In this document: piece by piece, positions 8,383 to 16,345 of the stretch
Position numbering within the stretch: position 1 is the stretch's first letter
Layout of the letters: the number at the start of each line of letters is the position of its first letter
Assembly: GCA_018985225.1 (NCBI GenBank)
Contig: JADGIF010000163.1
Coordinates: 1-16,345 of the forward strand
From: Amoeboradix gromovi X-113
Lineage: Eukaryota > Fungi > Sanchytriomycota
Reading direction: 5' to 3'
Length of the DNA: 16,345 nt
Notes under the pieces: model-generated
The model's database searches: none
The model's input: only the letters and a program-made list of their open reading frames with translations
Told to the model about the DNA's origin: nothing
Program-made: the position numbers and the translations under genes

Positions 8383-8949
8383 CTACAAATCATTGTAAAG
8401 TGTCTTCAACAAAGATTTTAATTGTTCATAAGCATATTCAAGCTCATCATTAACAACAACCCCATCAAAATGCTTAGTCTTGGCCCACTCCAGTTCTCGG
8501 ACCGCGATCTCTAATCGAGATTTTATGACACTGTCATCATCAGTAGCTCTCTTACGTAACCTTGCTTCCAACTCTTGAATTGATGGTGCTTTGATAAGTA
8601 CAAGAACCGGGTTTAAGCTGGTTTGGGATAATTGATCAACCCCTTGACTATCAATATCTAAGACACAAATCTTGTTCAAATCAGCAATATCCTGTACAGC
8701 CTTAAAAGATGTACCGTAATGATTACCAGCATAAATAGCATGCTCAACAAACTGGTTCTCGCTTATTAGCTTCATAAATTCTTCTTTACTGATGTAATGA
8801 TAATTTACGTCTTCAACTTCACCTCTTCTTGGCTTTCTAGTAGTGTGACTAATTGAAAATCCAAATTTGTCAGGATATTCTGCAAAAAGCTTCTTGATGA
8901 AAGTAGATTTGCCTACTCCGCTTGGACCGAGCAATACTAATGGACGCAT
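8383..8949 (-). CDS. GUK1: Guanylate kinase (~188 aa)
   Basis: MRPLVLLGPSGVGKST, FSISHTTRKPRRGE, YHY, GNHYGTS, LDIDSQG, LEARLRKRATD. The ATG at 8949 fits typical homolog length better than 9006. Confidence 0.95.
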   Translation of the reverse strand: MRPLVLLGPSGVGKSTFIKKLFAEYPDKFGFSISHTTRKPRRGEVEDVNYHYISKEEFMKLISENQFVEHAIYAGNHYGTSFKAVQDIADLNKICVLDIDSQGVDQLSQTSLNPVLVLIKAPSIQELEARLRKRATDDDSVIKSRLEIAVRELEWAKTKHFDGVVVNDELEYAYEQLKSLLKTLYNDL

Positions 8950-9041
8950 AATTTGCAAAATTAGTTTCACAATCTCCAAATAAGTAGAATATGATAAGAA
9001 AATCAATATTTTTATTACTTTACGAAGTTAGAACCTAACTG

Positions 9042-9515
9042 TTATATCTTATCTTCCATGAAATGATCTATTGCTAAACTGAATAACGCGAATCCCCCAC
9101 AACCAATTACTGCGCTCGTCGGCGTTTCTTTTCCTAAGTATGCTCCAGTTAAACAACCGCTTGAAAGAGTAGTAATTGTATCCTTCCTTCCTCTCATCGA
9201 TTCCATCAAGCATTCAGCCCCGGCAAATAACAATCCCACACTTCCAAATTGTCTTGCAGACCGTAGGGAACTCAATTTCATATCTTTCAGTACTCCTCTC
9301 ACAGTCATACTAGCGGCTTGTTCCACGCCTGGTGTATGGAATGAATTCATGAATAATCCGAACATCAATCCCAGCCCGTACCCTGCAACCCCACTTAAGA
9401 CACTCTTTGCTAGACAGCTTTCGCTGATCATTGTTCCCATCTTCATCCAATACTGCTGCTCTTCCTGACTCAAGTCCCCATTCTGGTTACTCATTGTTTC
9501 TCCCTGTTTTTTCAT
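9042..9515 (-). CDS. TIM22: Mitochondrial inner-membrane translocase TIM22 (Tim17/22/23 family)
   Basis: ESCLAKSVLSGVAGYGLGLMFGLF, SARQFGSVGLLFAGAECLMESMRGRKD, GCLTGA, GCGGFALFSLAIDHFM. The start could alternatively be 9494. Confidence 0.93.
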   Translation of the reverse strand: MKKQGETMSNQNGDLSQEEQQYWMKMGTMISESCLAKSVLSGVAGYGLGLMFGLFMNSFHTPGVEQAASMTVRGVLKDMKLSSLRSARQFGSVGLLFAGAECLMESMRGRKDTITTLSSGCLTGAYLGKETPTSAVIGCGGFALFSLAIDHFMEDKI

Positions 9516-9627
9516 CTCATTCGCGTTGAAATTTGGGATACTTTAAACAGCTCGATTGTTTTGTTGAATAAATCATTTATCGCGAATTTGCATACATTTT
9601 TATATAATTTCATGAATTTTCTAATAG

Positions 9628-10038
9628 CTTAAACACTCGATATTCTTCCTTTTCACAAACGGTAATGAAATTAATGGGTGTAATCCCGAATATTTCAAAC
9701 CTTAAGAAATTACTAACAGGTACAGCATACATTCATCAACACTGAGGAACTGGTCCAAGCATGGAACAATTAGATGTCTTTCAACCCGTCCTCAAAAGAG
9801 ATCAACGATAAACAACCTGTAAACTATTTATTTAATAATTTGTATGTGTTGTTCTTATCACGTGTGCAACAATAGAGTCCATATGGCAGCAATGAACATA
9901 TACATCAAATATCTGCATCCTTATTCAATCCCCCCTCAGGGTAGTGCAAGCGTGAGCAATCACTGTAACGGAGTTCTAGCATTGCTAGTTTCTCTGTGGA
10001 AACTCCCGATTTTCTCGGAAATCAGGACTTTTAACGAG
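9628..10038 (+). mobile_element. Internally deleted IS607-like (TnpA + TnpB/Fanzor2) mini-element; left boundary inferred
   Basis: 9691-9780 reads YFKP*EITNRYSIHSSTLRNWSKHGTIRCL, like the MerR-type HTH of IS607 serine recombinases. 9871 onward reads NRVHMAAMNIYIKY, followed by the right-end repeat (~89% identical to 4355-4522 by manual alignment). Confidence 0.75.
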
Positions 10039-10058
10039 TAAATAGATAATATTCAAGC
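9912..10058 (+). ncRNA. Putative omegaRNA/reRNA scaffold (to 10038) plus flanking guide, copy 2; 5' boundary uncertain
   Basis: Same hairpins as copy 1 (GTGA-GCAA-TCAC at 9952-9963; GATTTT-CTCG-GAAATC) and the same TTTTAACGAG end, with a different 3' flank. Confidence 0.6.
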
Positions 10059-10295
10059 AAGTGACTCAAAAAGGTTCAACTAACGGATAGGGATGCTTCA
10101 TACTTTATCAGTCAAGTTGCACATGAATACTTTTTTCCGAAGTTTGTACATCAACAAAATTATAGATTCACTTTGTCGTAATCTTTTAATTAAGTCTAGT
10201 TGGATTGAACACGTCCCATCAGGTCTATAATAAACCTACGAGTTGCTAATTAAACAAATTCGTGAAGATTCTATTACTTAATTCATTTATTGCTG

Positions 10296-13200
10296 TCATA
10301 CTTGTATAAAACCTTCATTTGAATAGTCGATGATGTAATCAACATTAACCTGTCTCTTCTTGATCCTGTTGCAATTACTAAATTCCATCTTCTCGATATA
10401 ATATTCACCGGCATCTAATTCCCTAATCTCTATTCCCCACTCACCTCCATTGTTGTTACATTTCATGTTTTCCGTCTTAATTTCGACCAGTTCACTATTT
10501 CCATCCACTGTTACAGTAGTTTTATAACTGCTGACACCATCGCCTACAAGTATGGCAAACCTTCCATTCCCATTGACATGCATAATTAGAGCACTATTTC
10601 TGCTAATTAAAGCACAGCCATCTAGCCCTAGAGAATATCGCACCAAACCACTTCCATTACTATTAATATACAACCTGCTCATTGTGGTTAACTTTAACTG
10701 CTGTACTGTGCTAGTTATTCCGTATCCCAACAAATTTACCAACTTGCCAAACCTACTTGGATTGTTAAAATCATCCACAATTTCATTCACGCAGTCACCG
10801 TTGTTTGTGTACTCCATTTTGTCAAAAAGATACTCGTTTCCAGAGAATCCATCAAATTCTATCTTGCTATGCATTCTTGGTCCTGGAACATAAACTAATG
10901 GTATTTTAATCAACTTAAATGCGTTTATCAATGGAATAGTGAAATCGTTGCTGTTAAAACCATGCTTTTCACCATTGCTCGTTATTCCAACTGTAAACGA
11001 TTCTCCCTTATAGGTGATCTCCAAGTACTCATATTCGTTAACATTAATGTTTATTGTGGTTGTGTATCTACCGTAAACTCTGTTAATGACTCTTAACTGC
11101 ATATATCCAACGTTGTCTATAATCACATTGTTGCACACCACACCACCAGCTCCAAAACTGCTAGGACCGCTATAAGTGCTTATTGTTGAGAGATACAGGT
11201 TAAAGAGCAGATCGTTGCCCCATTCCATGATAATGAGACTGCTAGAAACTGTGTCTACACTGTTCAAACTGTAGTCTTGACATGTTGTCATCAAAATAGA
11301 TTTAATCTTAAATTGGCTCCTCCTATCCATTGGATTATATGTACTAATTGATATAGAGCCAACTCTATCACCCCTGTTCAGCGGTATAACAATGCGATTT
11401 CCACTCATATACTGTGTGCTTTTAAAACCAACCATCTGATCCGCTCTGCATTCCTCATCCATAAGCTGAAGATATACCATGACATTCCCATTTACTGGTA
11501 AGATCATATCAAGCACCAAATAATCCCAATTTACTTCCAAGCATCCAAGATTAGTCTTGAATTCACTTTGAACCGTAGGATCTGGTATTAGAGTTAGCAA
11601 ACTGTTATAATCTACAAAATACACTAATGAATTACCGTTATCGGTATATGGTAACCCGATGCTATTCTTACCGGTCAAGCCTGATTCAAACTCATTGATC
11701 ATTAATGTATCACACTGGTTGGCTACATTTGTACACTTACGAGTTAGCTGCACATTAGACCATCTGAACGGTATGTTCTGCTGATTGAAATTAGAGAATA
11801 CCAGCGCCTTGACTTGCAGCAATCTGTTGCCGATTTTCAAGTTGCTGATGGGAATGGCTACATGTTGAACACCATTAGCAACAGTACTGAAATCGTTGAT
11901 CATTACAGTGTCACTGCTAGGTGCATCATAATTGCAATTACCATCTTTCATGTCAAATCTGACTCCAAAGTTGCCGTTAGCCGGTAAAATGACATCAAAT
12001 TCGATCGTTGTAAATAATGAGGCATCGAAGCACACATTTCCATTGGCCAACCAGGTATACCACAAACCGTTCCTGTCATTATAGCTGTACCAGTTATTTT
12101 GAATGGATTGATCACCATTTACTGCCTGACTATCACCATTTAGATTATTAGCGAAACCATTCTTAAAATCATGTATTTGAATGGCTATAGGCTGACAATC
12201 TACAGGGCATTTAATATTAGGTGCATTTGAGGTTCTATGGCAACTAGATCTACTTTCATAAGCATTCGTAAATGGGCCCAAAGCAAGTGAACCTCCAGTA
12301 CCATCCAGTACGGCAATACTAGCACTAATTATGGTACAATAATCCAAGCTATTAAACGTATATGATCTTAGTGGAGACCCGATGACACGGTAAGTAAAAG
12401 CAGGATTTGTATTAACCTTGGGAATAGTGTTATATCTGACCACAAACCATGTGTTGATTGGTAGATCGTTGCTATTCCAGCTGTAGGTAATGGTGTTTAG
12501 ACTAGGTAATGCATAAAGGCCGCTAATTGCGTTATTGTTTACGTTGGTAGTACCAGTATTTACAACAACAACTGAATAGACAGCAGTTAATATTACGTCG
12601 TCCTGCAATAGTGAGAACTCAAGGGTGTTAGTAGACAACGATATAGGCTGACGATCTATATTGTACAACTTCTGATTGCATTCCCATTTCACAAACTGGA
12701 GAACTTGGCTAACACCAGAGGCAGCTTCTTGCAATTGGGGTGCAGTTAAAGTAACACCGCCGTTGGCTATATAATAATGCGTGCATAATGGTGTAGTGCA
12801 CAAGGGACCAGATAAACCATAAATGTTTATATTGGCCATGTTTGACCTTATGTTAAGTGGATATTTGAGTGGATACACACTGGCCACTTGAACATCTATT
12901 AGACCACTTACAGGATGAACAGTTGAGGTAGTAACCTTGGCACGACTAGGGTATTCATGGTCAGGCATGTTAGTTTGACAAGAATGGCCGTTAAACTCAT
13001 TGATCTTATGTTCATGGCAATCTGATGATTGCACATTGTTTACAAGCGTGCAAGGTGCAGGGTAGCAATGATATAAACTAGAACTGATGGTAATAAATGC
13101 ATCACTGACTACGTTGTTAGACTCATCTACAACAACAGCGCTTAATCGTAATAGATCACCAACAGCCCATTCAGTGCGCGTAGAAATAGAACCATCACTT

Positions 13201-14888
13201 GCTGCAATGCTGTAGGTGATAGTGCTAGTTGTATAATAACCAGGAGCAATATTCAACTGTTTGATAGTTGACTGGGTGCCAGCAGTCACACGTACACGAA
13301 TAACAAGCATTTGCTTAACAGTGTATGTGTGTTTGATAACAGAATTTCCCCCAACAAACTGATTGTTGCCCAGTATGTCCCATTCATAAACAAGTTTATT
13401 GCCTAATACATCTTTGGCATTACTAGCATCGAAAGTAACAGTCAATGGTAATGCACCATGACTTTTATCAAGCACAAAGTTAACAATAGGTGGAAGAGGG
13501 AACGTAGTGCTTACCAGTCGCTGCACTGCTCCAGGCTCAATCCGAGTGATATAAATAAAACCATCAGGACCTACTTTAAGATCTACCATGTTAAATTGAT
13601 CAATTAGACCGATTGCGTTGCTCCTACTTTGTCTATTAGTCGTCTTCTGATAAGTGCTTCCATACAAATTAGGAGGAACAGTCCACATATAACCCCATGA
13701 ATGATCAGTGTAGAACAGTGAATTATAATAAGACTGTGGATACTTTGGAGTACCTACATAATTATAGACTATGGCAGCTACGATACTGGACTGGCCTTGA
13801 TTTCGTAGCTGTACATCGCCATACTGCTCGCCGTGCTTGGTCCATAAGTCTGGTTGCTGCATATTAGCTAGTACATTGGCGCACGTATATGGTCTAGCAA
13901 AGTTAAGATACTGTTGCTTTTCAAAATTGACGTACCCATCAGCAGACCATCCACCTTCGTAACAGGGCCACCCACTATTAGGAATAGGAGCATTTGGATC
14001 ATATTCAGGATTTGTAGGTGCCTTGAACACATTAATCCACTCGTAAGTATCGTAACCGACAATCGGAACCGCAATCATTTCAGTGTTTCTATCATAGCTT
14101 AGACCCCAAGGATTACGAAGGCCCCTAACCAAATAAACTGGGGTAACCATCATAGCCGCCTGACGTTGAGTAGCCGAGAGTTTAGGGTTTACAGAAGCAG
14201 CGAGACTGTTTTTTAGATCATCAACAGTAACATGGCTAAGTTTACCGCCAACGCTATTCATGTACTGGCTTCTGAAGGCGCCTTGCTTAAACGGATTGTC
14301 AGGGTCATTGGGATCTAGTTTAGGGCAAAAGTCTTGCTGTCCGTAGTCCATCATTTCATAAAACGCCAAATCACCAGTAGTGAAGATTAAGGAGCCATCC
14401 GATAACATTTCCAACCCACCATTAACGTGGGAGTAACTAATAGTGCAACCGCCTTCATAGATTATGTCAAACTTTGTCATTTTAATGCCATCATAAGTTA
14501 TGCGAGCTAAACGACGATATGTCAAACAACGAGTCGGTCCGCAGTTACTATTATACTTTGGAATTCCTCTGTAATCACCCTTGTCCGCATCTGCACTAAA
14601 ATAAACATAGATGTAAGGCGAACTGGGAAAATTATTATCAATAGCAATGCCACTTAAAGCATGGTCTTGAACGGAATATACATGATTACGAATATCTGCA
14701 ACTAGTTTTGGGGTGTTCGTGTTTATATCAGGATAAACATAAATCATTCCAGCTTTGGTAGTTACAAAAACCCTACCATCAGGTGCAAATCTTGTTCTTG
14801 TTGGCCAATTTAAACCATCAAATATAGTTTGGACAATAATGTTGTCTTTTAATACACCAGCAAAACATGCCAGAAAGAGTAAGAGCAT
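10296..14888 (-). CDS. Secreted multidomain protein: glucose/sorbosone (PQQ-type) dehydrogenase-like beta-propeller, PKD domain, possible FN3-like domain, and about four putative carbohydrate-binding modules
   Basis: Signal peptide MLLLFLACFAG; GLNWPTRTRFAPDGRVFV, SHVNGGL...DGSLIFTTGD, GLRNPW, NSGWPCYEG, GPDGFIY; PKD-like GALPLTVTFDASNAKD...YEWD...HTY; CHEH...PDHEYPS. Uninterrupted ORF with first ATG at 14888. Confidence 0.85.
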   Translation of the reverse strand: MLLLFLACFAGVLKDNIIVQTIFDGLNWPTRTRFAPDGRVFVTTKAGMIYVYPDINTNTPKLVADIRNHVYSVQDHALSGIAIDNNFPSSPYIYVYFSADADKGDYRGIPKYNSNCGPTRCLTYRRLARITYDGIKMTKFDIIYEGGCTISYSHVNGGLEMLSDGSLIFTTGDLAFYEMMDYGQQDFCPKLDPNDPDNPFKQGAFRSQYMNSVGGKLSHVTVDDLKNSLAASVNPKLSATQRQAAMMVTPVYLVRGLRNPWGLSYDRNTEMIAVPIVGYDTYEWINVFKAPTNPEYDPNAPIPNSGWPCYEGGWSADGYVNFEKQQYLNFARPYTCANVLANMQQPDLWTKHGEQYGDVQLRNQGQSSIVAAIVYNYVGTPKYPQSYYNSLFYTDHSWGYMWTVPPNLYGSTYQKTTNRQSRSNAIGLIDQFNMVDLKVGPDGFIYITRIEPGAVQRLVSTTFPLPPIVNFVLDKSHGALPLTVTFDASNAKDVLGNKLVYEWDILGNNQFVGGNSVIKHTYTVKQMLVIRVRVTAGTQSTIKQLNIAPGYYTTSTITYSIAASDGSISTRTEWAVGDLLRLSAVVVDESNNVVSDAFITISSSLYHCYPAPCTLVNNVQSSDCHEHKINEFNGHSCQTNMPDHEYPSRAKVTTSTVHPVSGLIDVQVASVYPLKYPLNIRSNMANINIYGLSGPLCTTPLCTHYYIANGGVTLTAPQLQEAASGVSQVLQFVKWECNQKLYNIDRQPISLSTNTLEFSLLQDDVILTAVYSVVVVNTGTTNVNNNAISGLYALPSLNTITYSWNSNDLPINTWFVVRYNTIPKVNTNPAFTYRVIGSPLRSYTFNSLDYCTIISASIAVLDGTGGSLALGPFTNAYESRSSCHRTSNAPNIKCPVDCQPIAIQIHDFKNGFANNLNGDSQAVNGDQSIQNNWYSYNDRNGLWYTWLANGNVCFDASLFTTIEFDVILPANGNFGVRFDMKDGNCNYDAPSSDTVMINDFSTVANGVQHVAIPISNLKIGNRLLQVKALVFSNFNQQNIPFRWSNVQLTRKCTNVANQCDTLMINEFESGLTGKNSIGLPYTDNGNSLVYFVDYNSLLTLIPDPTVQSEFKTNLGCLEVNWDYLVLDMILPVNGNVMVYLQLMDEECRADQMVGFKSTQYMSGNRIVIPLNRGDRVGSISISTYNPMDRRSQFKIKSILMTTCQDYSLNSVDTVSSSLIIMEWGNDLLFNLYLSTISTYSGPSSFGAGGVVCNNVIIDNVGYMQLRVINRVYGRYTTTININVNEYEYLEITYKGESFTVGITSNGEKHGFNSNDFTIPLINAFKLIKIPLVYVPGPRMHSKIEFDGFSGNEYLFDKMEYTNNGDCVNEIVDDFNNPSRFGKLVNLLGYGITSTVQQLKLTTMSRLYINSNGSGLVRYSLGLDGCALISRNSALIMHVNGNGRFAILVGDGVSSYKTTVTVDGNSELVEIKTENMKCNNNGGEWGIEIRELDAGEYYIEKMEFSNCNRIKKRQVNVDYIIDYSNEGFIQV

Positions 14889-14944
14889 CACAAGTGTCTC
14901 CTTTATAGTTTAGAATTATTGCGCCTAGTAATTTTGCGGAGAAT

Positions 14945-14981
14945 AACGTATGTTACGTATGAAAATTGCGTTTCATACGTA
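14945..14981. promoter_or_regulatory. Perfect 11-bp inverted repeat with three ACGTATG units upstream of the dehydrogenase-like gene
   Basis: TACGTATGAAA-attgcg-TTTCATACGTA (14954-14981) plus an extra AACGTATG (14945-14952). The repeat is directly visible; the regulatory role is inferred from position. Confidence 0.45.
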
Positions 14982-15105
14982 GGTTCATTGGTACCTTCGA
15001 GTCGACTTAAGAATTATAGCAAAGCAATGGCGAAAAGCGAGATGATAATCTACTTAGTGAAAATAAAATAATGATTAATCTAGCTCCATTTAATGATTTA
15101 TTATT

Positions 15106-15791
15106 TTAATCAAAGAACTTGCGGTTTTCCGAGGGCCCGTACAATATAACGCGTAATTCTGGTAACAGCTAAATAAGAAGAGAAATACCTGATCGGTCAT
15201 ACAAACAAGCCTATGTTCCAAGGTATTCAATGCCTTAATTCTTCCATTCAAAGCAGTTACTATGATACCACCGACTGAACTAGAATCTAGAACAGCATTT
15301 AAAACATATTCTACTTTGATTTTAGACATTTTTTCAAATTCCTGCGTAGCAATAGGCAGTACTTCTTTAATTACATCCTGATCTTCAACTAAGCATTGCA
15401 CTTCGACCTCGCTCTCTAACAAACAAGAAAAGCTTTGCAAAATAAGATTCTTCAATAGATCCTTGTAATGTGACTGAGAAGAAACAGACGACAACTTTTG
15501 ACGAATAGTTTGCATCAACTGTTCCAAATGTCCATTTTTGGCCTGTAATACCTTCAATCGTTGTTTGTTGTTCAAGTTGGACTCTTGGATTTTCCTTTGA
15601 ATAGACGCTTGTTTCTTTTTCTTTTCATACAGTTGATCCAAATGGATAGTTTCCTCTCGTATCAATTTTGCTTTTTCAATGTTAAACTCTTCATCAGCTT
15701 TGACCTTAATTTCTCTGGCTTTCTCTTGGGCTTCATTTTTAATAAACCCGATCATTTTACCAGTTTCTTGTTGAACTGCGTTGGCATCCAT
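15106..15791 (-). CDS. VMA4: V-type ATPase subunit E; exons 15791-15189 and 15168-15106 (~221 aa)
   Basis: KMIGFIKNEAQEKAREIKVKADEEFNIEKAKL, RLKVL, GGII...GRIKALNTLEHRL. Splicing restores the canonical end LLPELRVILYGPSENRKFFD*. Confidence 0.96.
15169..15188 (-). other. 20-nt GT-AG spliceosomal intron
   Basis: GTATTTCTCTTCTTATTTAG on the minus strand. Its removal restores the conserved subunit E C-terminus. Confidence 0.92.
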
Positions 15792-16132
15792 TTGTATTAC
15801 AACGGAGAAAATAAAAATATAAATGGAATAACAGGAACGAGAACCAAAAGGTCGATCTAATAGGATATTATGAAGAGAGAGATCTAAATCTGCTCTCTGT
15901 TTGAAATGAATCGATCTGGTATCGTGTCTCTTTCATTTTAGCAAAAGGAGCATTTTCTTAAAAGCAATTACATCGACTTAAACTCACTTCTATAGGCATC
16001 GTAATTTGCTCTCTGTTTTTTTGCAATTTTGACGCCATATGATGTAAAGAATTGATCTATTAATCCCAAATTAACTTTCTTGCCATCTTGGGAGTTGAAA
16101 TTATTAATGTAATGATGCTTAAATCTACATAA

Positions 16133-16200
16133 GGGACATCAAATATAAACACTGGACTAACTTTCTATAACAACTTGTGACATTATTTCAGCTTTACTAA
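16133..16200. mobile_element. One end of a second copy of the MITE family; the other end is probably beyond the window
   Basis: GGGACATCAAATATAAACACTGGACTAACTTTCTATAACAACTTGTGACATTATTTCA aligns over ~60 bp with the reverse complement of ~5960-6017. Preceded by TAA. Confidence 0.75.
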
Positions 16201-16345
16201 TTTTATGGATTCAAGAGGCGAGTGGACATTCAGCTAGTTGTGGAGTTGACGAGTATAAAAGGAAAATAAACAACTTTTTGTATCGAAATTTCAAAAATAA
16301 ATATTCTGTACAGCTATTCTCTTACTCTTTCAAATAAAATATCAC

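Noticed and set aside
4355-10038. The two 168-bp direct repeats as LTRs or ends of one composite element, or as CRISPR-like repeats
   Set aside because: No TG...CA termini or retroelement genes, the enclosed genes are ordinary housekeeping genes, and each repeat has its own IS607/TnpB context.
10190-10218. GGGAC...AACTAGAC on the minus strand resembling the MITE TIR
   Set aside because: The middle of the TIR does not match and no partner repeat was seen.
2428-15860. Short ORFs overlapping real genes or relics (2428, 2937, 3225, 3260, 4787, 5025, 6736, 8014, 10552, 13868, 13914, 15561)
   Set aside because: Antisense or off-frame shadows with no recognisable motifs.
15870-16045. Possible snRNA (Sm-like GCAATTTTGAC; repeated TGCTCTCTGTTT)
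   Set aside because: No convincing U1, U2, U4 or U5 core sequence or structure.

Overview
This is AT-rich, gene-dense eukaryotic DNA in the standard genetic code, with fungal-type genes and ultra-short (20-21 nt) spliceosomal introns. An early-diverging fungus or close relative is likely (inference). Genes in order: PacC/Rim101-like C2H2 factor (2 exons), GDA1/CD39 NTPDase, a minimal ORC1/CDC6-family ATPase, M18 aspartyl aminopeptidase, guanylate kinase, TIM22, a ~1530-aa secreted bacterial-style PQQ-type sugar dehydrogenase/PKD/repeat protein, and V-ATPase subunit E (2 exons). The larger intergenic gaps mostly hold mobile-element relics. The main signal is two copies of a ~168-bp right end of an IS607-derived TnpB/Fanzor2-type element, made of a RuvC C-terminus and a structured omegaRNA-like scaffold ending sharply at TTTTAACGAG. 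One copy is preceded by a TnpB zinc finger. The other is preceded by an IS607 TnpA-like HTH and looks like a ~0.4-kb internally deleted mini-element. Both copies have Val where the last RuvC catalytic Asp is expected. Also present are a TIR MITE (one full copy plus one end) and weaker hAT-, Tc1/IS630- and MULE-like relics. All family calls come from motif recognition by eye; no searches were run.
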